Assembly: GCA_963703315.1 (NCBI GenBank) | Contig: OY969811.1 | Location: forward strand, 2,080,001-2,144,000 | Source of the DNA: an uncultured cyanobacterium | Lineage (GTDB): Bacteria; Cyanobacteriota; Cyanobacteriia; Pseudanabaenales; Pseudanabaenaceae | Length of the DNA: 64,000 bases | Reading direction: 5' to 3' | Part shown: positions 1-13,020 of the stretch, in pieces | Layout of the letters: every line of letters starts with the position of its first letter | Numbering within the stretch: position 1 is the first letter of the stretch | The notes under the pieces: model-generated | The model's database searches: none | Seen by the model: only the letters and a program-made list of their open reading frames with translations | What the model was told of the DNA's origin: nothing | Made by a program: the position numbers and the translations under genes

Positions 1-346
1 CGCGCATTGCCTTAATGTGGGGCTTAAGTTTAGGTGCTTCGGCAATTACCATCGCGTCGAGATTATTCACGCGCCAACCCTGTGCGCCTATTAATTCCTG
101 TACCTGCTGTAAGAGCATGATGCTATCGGCTCCTGCCCATTGAGGATCAGAAGGTGGAAAGTAATGCCCAATATCACCGAGGGCAAGCGCTCCTAGCATG
201 GCATCCATAATCGCATGGGTCAGCACGTCAGCATCGCTATGTCCCAATAGTCCCTTTTCATAAGGGATTTCGACACCCCCAAGGATCAAGCGGCGATCGC
301 TAACGAGTCGATGTAGGTCATAACCATTGCCAATGCGAATATTCAT
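1..346 (-). CDS. ispF: 2-C-methyl-D-erythritol 2,4-cyclodiphosphate synthase (5' part; runs off window start)
   Basis: Manual translation from ATG at 346: [15 protein letters not shown]...[22 protein letters not shown]...GDIGHYFPP, the IspF signature motifs. Confidence 0.95.
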   Translation of the reverse strand, partial: MNIRIGNGYDLHRLVSDRRLILGGVEIPYEKGLLGHSDADVLTHAIMDAMLGALALGDIGHYFPPSDPQWAGADSIMLLQQVQELIGAQGWRVNNLDAMVIAEAPKLKPHIKAMR

Positions 347-468
347 AGAAGTTTTGCAGTTTAACTGTTTACAATATTAAACCCAATTTGTAAGACGAAA
401 GACTTTGCTTATTGTCTTAAAACTAGGAAGATTCTGCCATAATTTAGCTTAGTTGCTAACCACACCCC

Positions 469-1686
469 ATGAGCGATCGCTTGTCAAACCTCATTACTCA
501 GACTACAGATCAGACTTTTGAAATCTCAAATCTATGCCATACCTTAGAAGGCTGTGTATTAGTTGTTGATGACAACCCCACTAATTTGAGTGTGTTGGTA
601 AATTTACTGCGTGATGTGGGGCTACGAGTATTGGTGGCGACTGACGGTGAAAGTGCGATCGAGCAAATTGAATATGTCAAGCCTGACCTGATTTTGCTAG
701 ATGTAATGATGCCGGGGATCGATGGATTCGAGACTTGCCAACGCCTCAAAGCCAATCGTGAAACTACGAAAATCCCAATTATTTTCATGACGGCACTTTC
801 AGAAACTGTGGATAAAGTACGCGGTTTATCTCTGGGGGCAGTGGACTATATAACCAAGCCGTTTGAACATGAAGAAGTATTAGTGAGGATTCGCACTCAC
901 TTGACGATCGCCAAACAACGTCAAACCATTGAGGCACAAAATCTTGAATTACAAGCTGAAATTAGCGATCGCAAACGTGCTGAAGAAGCTTTAACCATCT
1001 TTCTCCATGCAGTTTCCCACGATTTACGAAATCCTGTCACAGGGTTATTGATGGTTTTAGAGAATTTAAAACAGACCGCCACAGATTCTGAATCAAGTAT
1101 TCCTTTACCAAAATCCACTCTTGTGCGAATGCTTCAAAGTAGCGATCGCCAATTAGCACTAATTAATTCATTATTGGAATCCCATGTAAACAATGTGCAT
1201 GGCATTATCATTCATCCTCACCCTGTGGCGATTAGAGAAGTCATTCAGGCAGCGATCGATGATATTCAACCACTTTTAGATAAAGAAGAAGCCGAAATTA
1301 ATTTTCAAATTTCATCTAACTTACCGCTAGTTCTCATTGACTCCACTCACATCTATAGAGTTTTTGAAAATCTGATCGCGAATGCACTAAAACATAATCC
1401 TCCCAACCTTGAGCTTACAATTTCCGTAAGGATGAGTGCTGACAATATGCTCCTTTGTGAAGTTGCGGATAATGGTATAGGTATGACTAATGAACAAAGC
1501 GAACATCTATTTGAAGTTTATGCTCAAGGCAAAACCCAGAATAAACTCAATCGGCGATCGCTTAGTCTTGGTTTAGGTCTATACATTTGTCGTCAGATTG
1601 TGCAAGCTCATGGAGGACAGATTGGTGCTACAGGAGAGTTAAATGTTGGCTCCCGCTTCTGGTTTACATTGCCTACTTCTATCTAA
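469..1686 (+). CDS. Hybrid response regulator/histidine kinase (REC-HisKA-HATPase)
   Basis: VVDD...LLDVMMP...KPF receiver; SHDLRNP H-box; N box NALKH; DNGIG and GLGL G boxes. Confidence 0.92.
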   Translation: MSDRLSNLITQTTDQTFEISNLCHTLEGCVLVVDDNPTNLSVLVNLLRDVGLRVLVATDGESAIEQIEYVKPDLILLDVMMPGIDGFETCQRLKANRETTKIPIIFMTALSETVDKVRGLSLGAVDYITKPFEHEEVLVRIRTHLTIAKQRQTIEAQNLELQAEISDRKRAEEALTIFLHAVSHDLRNPVTGLLMVLENLKQTATDSESSIPLPKSTLVRMLQSSDRQLALINSLLESHVNNVHGIIIHPHPVAIREVIQAAIDDIQPLLDKEEAEINFQISSNLPLVLIDSTHIYRVFENLIANALKHNPPNLELTISVRMSADNMLLCEVADNGIGMTNEQSEHLFEVYAQGKTQNKLNRRSLSLGLGLYICRQIVQAHGGQIGATGELNVGSRFWFTLPTSI

Positions 1687-1772
1687 AATCCAAAAGAGAG
1701 GTTGTGGCGCTTCGCGTCACAACCTCTCTTTTGATTTAGAATACTTAAGCAATTACTTATCGCCATATATCC

Positions 1773-2498
1773 ATGAGTGGAACCAAAATCTACGAAGGCA
1801 AAGCCAAAATTCTGTTTACGACAGATGACCCTAACGTTTTGCTATCACGATACAAAGATGATGCAACTGCCTTCAATGCTCTCAAAAAAGGGACAATCGC
1901 CCATAAAGGGGAAATGAACTGCGCGATCGCCTCGCATATTTTTCAGTATCTAGAAACTAAAGGGATTGCCACCCATTTCATCAAGCAGATCTCGCCTACG
2001 GAGATGGAGGTTACTGCCGTTAAGATTTTGGCGATCGAAGTCGTGGTGAGAAACATTGCCGCAGGTAGCATTTGCAAACGGCTAGGACTAGAGCAAGGGC
2101 AACTCCTCAACCAGCCCCTAGTCGAATTTTTCTATAAAAACGATGAACTTGGTGATCCGTTAATTACCGATGCTCATGTGGCAATGCTCGGTCTCGCTAC
2201 TCCTGAGGAGGTCGCCCAACTCAAGCAACTTGCCCTAGATATCAATCAACACTTACAAGCATTTTTTGATCTCTGTAACCTCACCCTCGTTGACTTTAAA
2301 GTTGAAATAGGCGTTGATGCCAATGGACAGTTACTCCTCGCCGATGAAATTAGCCCCGACACCTGTCGTCTTTGGGACAAAACCAGTGATGACCCCACCG
2401 CTCGTATTTTAGACAAAGATCGTTTTCGTCAAGATCTTGGCAATGTAGCTGAAGCCTACCAAGAGGTCTTGAATCGCGTACTAGCAGCGATCGCCTAA
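1773..2498 (+). CDS. purC: Phosphoribosylaminoimidazole-succinocarboxamide synthase
   Basis: YEGKAK, EVVVRN, DFKVE, LADEISPDTCRLWD motifs. Confidence 0.97.
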   Translation: MSGTKIYEGKAKILFTTDDPNVLLSRYKDDATAFNALKKGTIAHKGEMNCAIASHIFQYLETKGIATHFIKQISPTEMEVTAVKILAIEVVVRNIAAGSICKRLGLEQGQLLNQPLVEFFYKNDELGDPLITDAHVAMLGLATPEEVAQLKQLALDINQHLQAFFDLCNLTLVDFKVEIGVDANGQLLLADEISPDTCRLWDKTSDDPTARILDKDRFRQDLGNVAEAYQEVLNRVLAAIA

Positions 2499-2732
2499 AA
2501 CTTACCCTTAGACTTATTTTAGGTAGGGCTAAAAATAATTTAGTATGGATAGTACTTCTTACTCTTTTTATTCAGCTCGATCCCAATACAAAATAAGTCT
2601 CTAGCAATATGGGGATCTTGAAAGTTATAGTAATTTATTACTAGTCCAAGAAACTTTCTGTTTACATTTGCTCGTCAATAGTTTTCTGTTAAGTATTCTG
2701 TTTAAATATTCTGTAGGTGTTTGGAAGACTTT

Positions 2733-4733
2733 ATGCGTATAAACTTGCTCGTATTCACAGCCATTGCCGCATCCAGCACGTTACTGACAAATCCTCTGCT
2801 GGCAAAGGCTGCCCCTGCAAGGCAAGAGGTCACTTCAGCGCCAACCTCGCCGCCCATCACTCCGCCCACTACACCTAAAGTTCTTGCCCAGCAAACTACG
2901 CCTAATCCGCAAGATAACCCTTCTACTCTTCCTAGTAGCACACCAACCCCGCCACCTACATCCGATGTTCAAGTATTGGTTGGAGAGGTTGCAATTAAAA
3001 CGCCAGAAGGACAGCCACCTCTCCCCCCTGAGCTTGAGCAAAAAGTCTATGACGCGATCGCCACTAAACCAGGACGGACAGTAACCCGAACTCAGCTACA
3101 ATCCGATATCAATGCTGTATTTGCCACAGGTTTCTTCTCTAATGTCCAAGCTGAGCCAGAAGATACAGATGTTGGTGTGCGCGTCACTTTCTTTGTATTA
3201 CCGAACCCTGTCCTCAAATCCGTTAACGCTGAAGGCGCAAAAGTACTAGAACAAAGTGTGATTGACCGCATCTTTGGTTCACAAATTGGCAAAGTCACTA
3301 ACCTGAAAGATATCCAAGCAGGTGTTAAAGAACTTGAAAAGTATTATCAAGATAAGGGTTACGTCCTAGCACAAATTGTTGATATTAAAGCCACTCCTGA
3401 AGGAAATATTAACTTAGTCGTATCTGAGGGCGTGATTGAAGGTATCAAAGTTGCCTTTATCAACGAGGAAGGTAAAACTGTCGATAAAGATGGTAAGCCA
3501 GTCACAGGCAATACTCGCGACTTTATCATTACTCGTGAACTCTCGATTAAAGAAGGCGAGATTTTTAATCGCGAGACAGTTCAGGGAGATTTGCAGAAAG
3601 TTTTTGCGCTGGGGTTATTTGAAGATCTCAACATTGGTCTTGCCCCGGGGACTGACCCCCGTAAAGTGGTGGTCACGGTCAATGTCAAAGAGCGGAATAC
3701 AGGTTCGATCGCCGCAGGTGCAGGTCTAAGCTCATCGACTGGCTTATTTGGTACGGTTAGTTTTCAACAACAAAACTTGGGTGGTAATAACCAAAAACTT
3801 GGCTTAGATGTCCAAGTCGGTGAGCGCGAATTACTATTTGACCTCAACTTTACCGATCCTTGGCTCGCTGGCGATCCCTATCGCACCTCATTTACTGCCA
3901 ATATTTTTAATCGTAGTTTGTTTAGCTATATTTTTGATAATCCGATTGGTATTGGACCGAATAATGTCAATCCTCGGATCAATCGACTTGGTACAGGTTT
4001 TAGTTTCTCTCGACCCTTGGGCAATGCCACAACTGCATCTTTAGGTTTACGCTACGAACGGGTCAGCATCACCAATAACGATACCAATGTTATTTCGCCA
4101 ACTGACTCACTAGGCAATCAACTCTCTGCTAGTGGTACGGGACAAGACGACTTACTGTTGCTGCAATTTGCCTATGCCACAGATCAAAGAGACAATCCAC
4201 TGAAGCCATCGTCTGGTTCAGTATTTCGGATTGCGACGGAACAATCTATCCCCATTGGCTTGGGTTCAGTGTTCTTAAACCGAGTTCGTGCTAGCTATAG
4301 CTATTTTATTCCTGTTAATTTCTTGAAATTCTCTGAAGGCACTCAAACCCTTGCCTTTAATATTCAAGGCGGCACGGTACTCGGTACGCTGCCACCTTAT
4401 GAAGCGTTTCAACTTGGTGGTAGCAACTCCGTACGCGGCTGGGATGAAGGCAAAATCGGTAGCGGACGTAGCTTTGGCATATTTTCAGCAGAATATCGCT
4501 TCCCTGTCTTCAACATTGTTGGTGGCGTATTGTTCTTTGACTATGGTACTGATTTAGGCTCAGCAGCATCAGTTCCAGGGAATCCTGCGGGCGTGAGAAA
4601 TAAACCAGGTAGTGGTGCTGGCTATGGCATCGGCATACGGGTGCAGTCGCCTTTAGGTGCTATCCGCGTTGACTATGGCTTAGCGTCTAATGGTGGTACA
4701 CAGTTTAGCTTTGGTTTAGGAGAAAAATTCTAG
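2733..4733 (+). CDS. bamA: Omp85/BamA outer membrane assembly factor
   Basis: Signal peptide, Pro-rich linker, POTRA repeats, VRGW motif, C-terminal F; ATG at 2733 preferred over TTG at 2721. Confidence 0.92.
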   Translation: MRINLLVFTAIAASSTLLTNPLLAKAAPARQEVTSAPTSPPITPPTTPKVLAQQTTPNPQDNPSTLPSSTPTPPPTSDVQVLVGEVAIKTPEGQPPLPPELEQKVYDAIATKPGRTVTRTQLQSDINAVFATGFFSNVQAEPEDTDVGVRVTFFVLPNPVLKSVNAEGAKVLEQSVIDRIFGSQIGKVTNLKDIQAGVKELEKYYQDKGYVLAQIVDIKATPEGNINLVVSEGVIEGIKVAFINEEGKTVDKDGKPVTGNTRDFIITRELSIKEGEIFNRETVQGDLQKVFALGLFEDLNIGLAPGTDPRKVVVTVNVKERNTGSIAAGAGLSSSTGLFGTVSFQQQNLGGNNQKLGLDVQVGERELLFDLNFTDPWLAGDPYRTSFTANIFNRSLFSYIFDNPIGIGPNNVNPRINRLGTGFSFSRPLGNATTASLGLRYERVSITNNDTNVISPTDSLGNQLSASGTGQDDLLLLQFAYATDQRDNPLKPSSGSVFRIATEQSIPIGLGSVFLNRVRASYSYFIPVNFLKFSEGTQTLAFNIQGGTVLGTLPPYEAFQLGGSNSVRGWDEGKIGSGRSFGIFSAEYRFPVFNIVGGVLFFDYGTDLGSAASVPGNPAGVRNKPGSGAGYGIGIRVQSPLGAIRVDYGLASNGGTQFSFGLGEKF

Positions 4734-4735
4734 CC

Positions 4736-5569
4736 ATGCTTTACCAACAGACGATCGCCGCCCCATTTTCTCTATCGGGGATTGGGTTACACAGTGGCGA
4801 GCAAGTTGCTGTGACTGTCAGCCCTGCTCCAATTCACTCAGGGCGACATTTTATCTATGGCGGGGCAAAAATTCCTGCGGATACGACTGTAGCTTCGGCT
4901 TCGCAGCTATCGACGGAGCTACGCCAAAATGGTACGGGTGTTCGCACAGTTGAGCATTTGCTGTCAGCTTTGTTTGGTATGGGTGTACATAATGCCTGTA
5001 TTCAACTTGATCGCCCTGAGTTACCGATTCTAGATGGTTCCGCTTTACCTTGGGTGGAGGCGATCGCCAAAGTTGGTATCGAAACACAGGTGGAGGGTGA
5101 TTTACTGATGCCTCTAGAGGAAACCGTCACCGTACGCAAAGGTGATAGCTTTGTCACGGCAATTCCTGCGGACACCTTGCGCTTTACCTATGGAATTGAG
5201 TTTCCGACTAAGGCGATCGGTGAGCAGTGGTTTAGCTGGTCGCCAACTATTGCTAATTTTTCTGAGCAGTTTGCAAGGGAAATTGCTCCTGCAAGGACTT
5301 TTACCCTTGCAGCCTATATCGAACAAGCACGTGCCGCAGGTTTAATCAAGGGGGGCAGTCTCGATAATGCGATCGTTTGTGATGGCGATCGCTGGATCAA
5401 TCCACCCCTACGTTTTGATAATGAACCATGTCGTCATAAACTTTTAGATCTCATTGGTGACCTAAGCTTGCTAGGATTCTTACCGAGGGCGCATATTTTG
5501 GCATACAAAGCCAGTCACCATCTTCATGCCGAATTTGCGATCGCCTTAGCTGCTAAGCAAAGTCTCTAG
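4736..5569 (+). CDS. lpxC: UDP-3-O-acyl-N-acetylglucosamine deacetylase
   Basis: GIGLHSG, TVEHLLSAL, PILDGSA, HKLLDLIGDL. Confidence 0.97.
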   Translation: MLYQQTIAAPFSLSGIGLHSGEQVAVTVSPAPIHSGRHFIYGGAKIPADTTVASASQLSTELRQNGTGVRTVEHLLSALFGMGVHNACIQLDRPELPILDGSALPWVEAIAKVGIETQVEGDLLMPLEETVTVRKGDSFVTAIPADTLRFTYGIEFPTKAIGEQWFSWSPTIANFSEQFAREIAPARTFTLAAYIEQARAAGLIKGGSLDNAIVCDGDRWINPPLRFDNEPCRHKLLDLIGDLSLLGFLPRAHILAYKASHHLHAEFAIALAAKQSL

Positions 5570-5637
5570 AAGTTAGTACTAGCAACACCAATAGCTGCTA
5601 ATACTAGCCCTAAAACACCGAAAATTAATACTCATAT

Positions 5638-6153
5638 ATGTCAACCTTGACCCAAGAAACCACCATAAATAGCGCTGATCTCAACCCTGAAATTAACTCT
5701 GATAGTGCCAGTACTTCTAGTCAAATTTTGATGATCGAAGATATTCAGAAATTGTTACCCCACCGTTATCCATTTCTGTTAGTTGATCGCATTATCAATT
5801 TTGTGCCGAACAAATCTGCCACAGGAATTAAAAATGTCACTTTTAATGAACCATTTTTTCAAGGGCATTTTCCTGAACGCCCCATTATGCCTGGGGTATT
5901 GATTGTTGAGGCAATGGCACAGGTCGGTGGCATTGTCTTAAGGCATTTACCAGGAATGGAAGACCAACTGTCACTATTTGCAGGTATTGATAAAGTCCGC
6001 TTTCGTCGTCCTGTAGTTCCTGGCGATCGCTTGACAATTACCACCGAGTTGCTAGTTGCACGCAAGCGTTTTGGTAAGATGCATGGACGTGCAGAAGTCG
6101 ATGGTCAAATAGCCTGTGAAGGTGAATTGATGTTTTCATTAGTTAATCTTTAA
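5638..6153 (+). CDS. fabZ: 3-hydroxyacyl-ACP dehydratase
   Basis: [29 protein letters not shown]. Confidence 0.97.
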   Translation: MSTLTQETTINSADLNPEINSDSASTSSQILMIEDIQKLLPHRYPFLLVDRIINFVPNKSATGIKNVTFNEPFFQGHFPERPIMPGVLIVEAMAQVGGIVLRHLPGMEDQLSLFAGIDKVRFRRPVVPGDRLTITTELLVARKRFGKMHGRAEVDGQIACEGELMFSLVNL

Positions 6154-6260
6154 TTTTTATTAGGGTACGTTCTGCCCTGATAGAACATTCATTTTGTTAT
6201 CTGGCGATCCAAGCGATCGCAAACTAAGCGATCTATAGTATCAAGCGAGCCAAACTTTTT

Positions 6261-7079
6261 ATGCCTGTGTCTCATGCGCCTGTGTCTGAATTTATTCACC
6301 CGACAGCCATAGTGCATCCTGATGCCCAACTACATCCGACGGTCAAAGTCGGAGCTTATGCTGTCATCGGTGAGCAGGTGAAAATTGGCGCTCATACTGT
6401 CATCGGACATCATGCCATTGTCGAAGGAAGAACTGAAATCGGCGATCGAAACCAAATCTATCCAGGGGCGGCGATCGGTTTAGATTCTCAAGACTTGAAA
6501 TATTTGGGCGCAGATAGCCTTGTCAAAATTGGTAATGACAATCGGATTCGTGAATATGTAACGATTAATCGTGCTAATGAAGCCACTGAAGTGACAGCGA
6601 TCGGTAATGGTAATTTACTGATGGCTTATGTCCATGTCGGGCATAATTGCGAAATTGAGGATCATGTGATTGTTGCTAATGGGGTTGCCCTAGCAGGTCA
6701 TGTCCACATTGAGTCCCACGCTAGAATCAGTGGCGTACTGGGCGTACATCAGTTTGTGCGAATTGGTCGTTTATCGATGATCGGTGGGATGAGTCGCATT
6801 GAGCGTGATGTGCCTCCTTATACTCTGGTTGAGGGCAATCCATCCCGTGTGCGAACCCTAAACCGCGTGGGACTAGATCGGGCTGGCTTAGACGCACAAA
6901 CTCAGCAATTGCTGAAAGGAGCATTTCGATTGCTTTACCATCAAGATCTCACCCTCGTTGAAGCCCTTGAGAAACTAGTTACCTTCGCTGACAATACGCA
7001 CGTCCAGCACCTACGCCAATTTTTACAAGATTCGATCACTATCTCTGGAAGGCGTGGACCCATTCCCTGTCGTTCCTAA
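6261..7079 (+). CDS. lpxA: UDP-N-acetylglucosamine O-acyltransferase
   Basis: Hexapeptide repeats, QDLKY, IREYVTINR, HVGHNC. Confidence 0.96.
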   Translation: MPVSHAPVSEFIHPTAIVHPDAQLHPTVKVGAYAVIGEQVKIGAHTVIGHHAIVEGRTEIGDRNQIYPGAAIGLDSQDLKYLGADSLVKIGNDNRIREYVTINRANEATEVTAIGNGNLLMAYVHVGHNCEIEDHVIVANGVALAGHVHIESHARISGVLGVHQFVRIGRLSMIGGMSRIERDVPPYTLVEGNPSRVRTLNRVGLDRAGLDAQTQQLLKGAFRLLYHQDLTLVEALEKLVTFADNTHVQHLRQFLQDSITISGRRGPIPCRS

Positions 7080-7115
7080 AAATAAAGACGGTGCAAAGCA
7101 CCGTCTTTATTTTTA
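7077..7115. terminator. Perfect hairpin overlapping the lpxA stop, probable terminator
   Basis: TAAAAATAAAGACGGTGC-AAA-GCACCGTCTTTATTTTTA. Confidence 0.6.
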
Positions 7116-7196
7116 AGCTGATAGCGATCGCCAATACATACAAATGGGTAAGCTTTGAAGTATGAAGGTTACGGGAAAAAACATTGTTCTAACTTG

Positions 7197-7313
7197 TATA
7201 GCAAAGTCAAGTTTTGCTGAGGACATAAAACCAGAAGATGAGTTGCGGCGCGAAGCGCCGCAACTCATCTTCTGGGGTTTGGATTTCTACTAGCTAACTC
7301 TTACTTGGCTATA
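7197..7313. mobile_element. MITE with TATAGC...GCTATA ends and internal GCGGCGC-GAA-GCGCCGC hairpin
   Basis: Terminal inverted hexamers, AGGACATAAAA motif shared with the IS630 end, ~20-bp perfect stem. Confidence 0.65.
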
Positions 7314-7440
7314 TCTGTAATCTCATACATAAGCATGAATAATGTTCTACCCATCCTACTATCCAAAGCATTTATGTTAAGATTAGTAAAGTAAATGCTT
7401 TGAACCTACATACTCTAATTTGAGAGAGCGTTTGGTGAAT

Positions 7441-7767
7441 ATGTCAATTAACAGCACTGGATTTGGCGGGGAAAACTCATATATCGGAAGTTCTCACTCT
7501 AAAGTACATTTCGACCTACTCAAGCCTTTACGCAACAAGCTCGACAACTTTGAAATTCAAACATCGCACACAGCCCATCTGATCGCCAAACTAATTCCTG
7601 CACAATGCCCTTTTGAGCGCACCATTAAAATCTTTGGTCAGGCGATCGTTCATATCCCACCCCTTTGTAAACTCAATCCTCTGTACGACGAATTTGTGAG
7701 CCTCAGATTTCGCGCTTTATGCTTTCTAGTCGATCGCTGTGGTGAAGATATTAGCTCCTATTGCTAA
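7441..7767 (+). CDS. Mo-dependent nitrogenase C-terminal domain-like small protein
   Basis: IPAQCPFER...IPPLCKLNPLYDEFVSLRFRALCFL, typical of this cyanobacterial family; ATG at 7441. Confidence 0.85.
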   Translation: MSINSTGFGGENSYIGSSHSKVHFDLLKPLRNKLDNFEIQTSHTAHLIAKLIPAQCPFERTIKIFGQAIVHIPPLCKLNPLYDEFVSLRFRALCFLVDRCGEDISSYC

Positions 7768-7855
7768 AAACTTCTTTCTTTTTTCATTCAGCGTAAAGCG
7801 TTGTATCTCTAAAAAATAAATGATGTAAGCTTGTCTTACGTCATTTATTTTTTAG

Positions 7856-9139
7856 ATGCAGAGTTTTATGACCAAAAAAATGCAGTGGATATGGCGATCG
7901 CTGATTGCTTTTTTTGTGACTAGTTTGATCGTGTTTACAGCGATCGCTCTACAGCCTAGTCAAGCGGCGATCGCGCCATTACCCGATCCCTATCTCACCT
8001 CTGGCAAACTAGCAGAAGGTGAAAAAGTTTTCATGGATTATTTGCAAACTAATGGCAAGGATGACAAAACTCGCTTTGGATTAGGCGTAATTCAGTTTAT
8101 GCGCGGTACGGAACGACTAATGCAGTCGCTCTATCGCTATGGCATGATTCAGACTCCTGCTAATGGAGCGATTCCATTCCTGCGTTTGCCTGTTCCTCAA
8201 AATCCCAAGCCGCAAACTCTCACTTATGATGGACTCCAGCAAGTTTTTCAGACATGGATTGATGATCTTGCTACTGTTCGGACTACCCTTGAACCAATCA
8301 AAGATCAGAATCTAAAACTAGCATTACGTTTAGGATTAATCCGTTTGGATTTTGATGGCAATGGCAAGGCTGATGACAAAGAAATGTTATGGCAGATTTT
8401 CAACGCGGTGACAGGGGCGAGGATAACTGAAAAAGATGCTCAGCAGTTTTTAATTGCCTTCGATCGCGGTGATGCTCTATGGTTGCAAGGCTACACCCAT
8501 GTATTAGAGGCGATCGCAGAATTTTTGCGTGCCTATGACAGCCGTGAGTTATTTGCTGCTTGCGCCCACTTGTTCTTCCAAAATGTGGATACACCTCATA
8601 AGTTTCTGCTGACAACACGCAGGAAATCACCCGAAGACTATAGTTCCAGTTTCTTTGAAGTTCTCGATTTGGTGTCAGCAGTCCATTTTGCGAGATTTCC
8701 ATTAATAGAACCGCAACGAATGACGACAATTCTCAATCACATGAAATCGGTGATTAGTTTGAGTCGTGAATCTTGGAAATCAATTTTGGCTGAAACAGAT
8801 AGCGATCGCGAATGGATTCCTAATCCTAAGCAAACTTCTGTAATTCCTAATGTACGTGTGACAGAGGAAATGGTGAAATCTTGGTTGCAATCTCTTGATG
8901 AAATTACAGCAATTTTAGATGGAAAGAAGAACATTCCCTTCTGGCGCGATGAAAAATTAAGTATTGATTTTGCCAGAATTTTTACTGAGCCACGAGCCTT
9001 TGATCTAGTGGCATGGTTCCAAGGTACTGCCGCTACGCCCTATCTCGAAAAAGGCGTGATTACCGATATTCGAGTTTGGGATGACATGGTAAATGCTTTT
9101 GGCGGCAATCTATTTAACTTTGTAGTTTGGTTTAACTAA
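7856..9139 (+). CDS. Exported hypothetical protein
   Basis: 427-aa ORF with signal-peptide-like N-terminus; no recognised catalytic motif. Confidence 0.8.
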   Translation: MQSFMTKKMQWIWRSLIAFFVTSLIVFTAIALQPSQAAIAPLPDPYLTSGKLAEGEKVFMDYLQTNGKDDKTRFGLGVIQFMRGTERLMQSLYRYGMIQTPANGAIPFLRLPVPQNPKPQTLTYDGLQQVFQTWIDDLATVRTTLEPIKDQNLKLALRLGLIRLDFDGNGKADDKEMLWQIFNAVTGARITEKDAQQFLIAFDRGDALWLQGYTHVLEAIAEFLRAYDSRELFAACAHLFFQNVDTPHKFLLTTRRKSPEDYSSSFFEVLDLVSAVHFARFPLIEPQRMTTILNHMKSVISLSRESWKSILAETDSDREWIPNPKQTSVIPNVRVTEEMVKSWLQSLDEITAILDGKKNIPFWRDEKLSIDFARIFTEPRAFDLVAWFQGTAATPYLEKGVITDIRVWDDMVNAFGGNLFNFVVWFN

Positions 9140-9190
9140 AATAGAACTACACAAAAGAACGAAATGCAAGAGCAATTCATGAATTACTTC

Positions 9191-9292
9191 TAAGTAGCTC
9201 AGCATAGTTAAAACCCAAAACCAGAGCTTGTGCCGCCCGCTACGCGGGCGGCACAAGCTCTGGTTTTGGGTTTATTTATGCCTAGCTACTTA
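9191..9292. mobile_element. MITE, TAAGTAGCT...AGCTACTTA family
   Basis: Terminal inverted repeats plus internal hairpin GCTTGTGCCGCCCGC-TAC-GCGGGCGGCACAAGC; near-identical copy at 38367-38470. Confidence 0.75.
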
Positions 9293-9334
9293 CGATGAAA
9301 TACGCTTTTCAAGGTAGGCTTGCGTAACTTTTAA

Positions 9335-9405
9335 TATAGCAAGAAGCGAGTGGCGGCGCAAAGCGCCGCCACTCGTCTTCTGGTTTTGGACTGGCGACAG
9401 CTATA
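9335..9405. mobile_element. Short TATAGC-family MITE with GAGTGGCGGCGC hairpin
   Basis: Right end read on - strand is TATAGCTGTCGCCAGTC versus IS630 end TATAGCTATAGCCAGTC. Confidence 0.6.
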
Positions 9406-9435
9406 AATCTAAGTTTATACAGGAGTAGATACTAT

Positions 9436-10383
9436 ATGCCAAAGGTTAGTGTGATCATTCCTAACTATAACCATGTAAGGTTTATAGAAAAGCGGATTAT
9501 GAGTGTCTTACAACAAACATATCAAAATATTGAGGTTATTTGTTTAGATGATGCCTCAACAGATGGAAGTATCCAAATAATGGCTAAGTTTGAATCTGAT
9601 CCTAGGGTTCAGACAATTTATAATGATGTTAATAGCGGTTCTCCTTTTAAACAGTGGGAAAAGGGTCTGCAAATTGCCAAAGGAGAATATATTTGGATTG
9701 CAGAATCAGACGATTACGCAAATCCAAATTTCTTGGAAACCTTAGTTACGGTTCTCGATCACAATCCAAATGTTGGCTTAGTATACGCTCAGTCTTTAGG
9801 TATTGATGAGAATGATCAATTTATTCGTCATTGGAAAACTTGGACAGATGACTTAGATAGCGATCGCTGGTCACATGACTTTATTAACAGTGGCAAAGAT
9901 GAATGTCAGCAGTACCTAATTTTTAAAAATACAATTCCCAATGCGAGTGCTGTACTTATGAGGCGCTCAATTCTGGATCAAACTGGAAAGATTGATGCAC
10001 AAATGCGCTTAGCTGGAGACTGGTTACTCTGGGCAAAAATTTTGATGATTTCAGATATTGCTTTTATTGCCGAACCTTTAAACAATTTCAGAACGCATAG
10101 TAATGTAGTTAGAAATACAAGTAAGCCGTTTCTAGAATTAGATGAAAGGCTTCAAGTTATTAGTTATATTTCTAAAAAAGTAAATATTCCACATAACTTT
10201 TGGGAAACAGTTTTTGAGCCATCAATAGGATGGTGGATTAGGATGCTATTACGTGGTGAAATCCCATTAAATAAAAATTATCAGATTTATCAATCACTCA
10301 AAAATATTGATCCGCGTATAAACTATCGATTATTTACAATCTTTCTTAAAGCTCTAAAAAACAAGCTCTCCTTACGATTCTAA
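9436..10383 (+). CDS. Glycosyltransferase family 2
   Basis: VSVIIPNYN, DDASTD, AESDD (DxD-like), AGDW. Confidence 0.93.
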   Translation: MPKVSVIIPNYNHVRFIEKRIMSVLQQTYQNIEVICLDDASTDGSIQIMAKFESDPRVQTIYNDVNSGSPFKQWEKGLQIAKGEYIWIAESDDYANPNFLETLVTVLDHNPNVGLVYAQSLGIDENDQFIRHWKTWTDDLDSDRWSHDFINSGKDECQQYLIFKNTIPNASAVLMRRSILDQTGKIDAQMRLAGDWLLWAKILMISDIAFIAEPLNNFRTHSNVVRNTSKPFLELDERLQVISYISKKVNIPHNFWETVFEPSIGWWIRMLLRGEIPLNKNYQIYQSLKNIDPRINYRLFTIFLKALKNKLSLRF

Positions 10384-10387
10384 TATA

Positions 10388-10534
10388 ACGTGAGTTCGGG
10401 TTAAGCTACAAAATTTTAAAAACCAGAACAGTAAAAGCCTCGCAAAGCGAGGCTTTTACTGTTCTGGCTCCTAGAAAGGGTTCGCGTTGCGAACCCTTTC
10501 TAGGAGCCAGTTTAAAATTAACCCGAACTGAGAT
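10388..10534 (+). mobile_element. ~147-bp MITE, left arm of katG composite
   Basis: Ends ACGTGAGTTCGGGTTAA...TTAACCCGAACTGAGAT, two internal hairpins; inverted homolog at 12871-13017. Confidence 0.85.
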
Positions 10535-10625
10535 TAAATAATAATTAAGCGATCGGGGGGTAATCCATTATTGGAGCAGACAATATTGTGGTACTTCGGT
10601 CTGGATTTGGATGCGATTTATTTAA

Positions 10626-12815
<2,190 letters not shown>

Positions 12816-12870
12816 TTCTCGGCACATGTCCTCGCGGCGCGATTATTGGCGGCGCGGGAATATGCAAGTA

Positions 12871-13017
12871 ACCTTAGCTCGGGTTAATTTTAAACTGGCT
12901 TCTAGAGATGGTTAGCGCGGCAAACCCTCTCTAGAAGCCAAAACAGTGAAAGCCTCGCGAAGCGAGGCTTTCACTGTTTTGGCTCTTAAAATTTTCTAGC
13001 TTAGCCCGAACTCACGT
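12871..13017 (-). mobile_element. ~147-bp MITE, right arm of katG composite
   Basis: Reverse complement aligns over its full length with 10388-10534; outer end CCCGAACTCACGT. Confidence 0.85.
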
Positions 13018-13020
13018 TAA

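Noticed and set aside
6200..6252. Four degenerate (AA)GCGATC units before lpxA
   Set aside because: Irregular spacing; explained by HIP1 background.
7113..7180. Possible gene remnant after lpxA (PVTFILQSLPICMYWRSLSA* on - strand) where lpxB often lies
   Set aside because: Too short to assign and no lpxB similarity seen.
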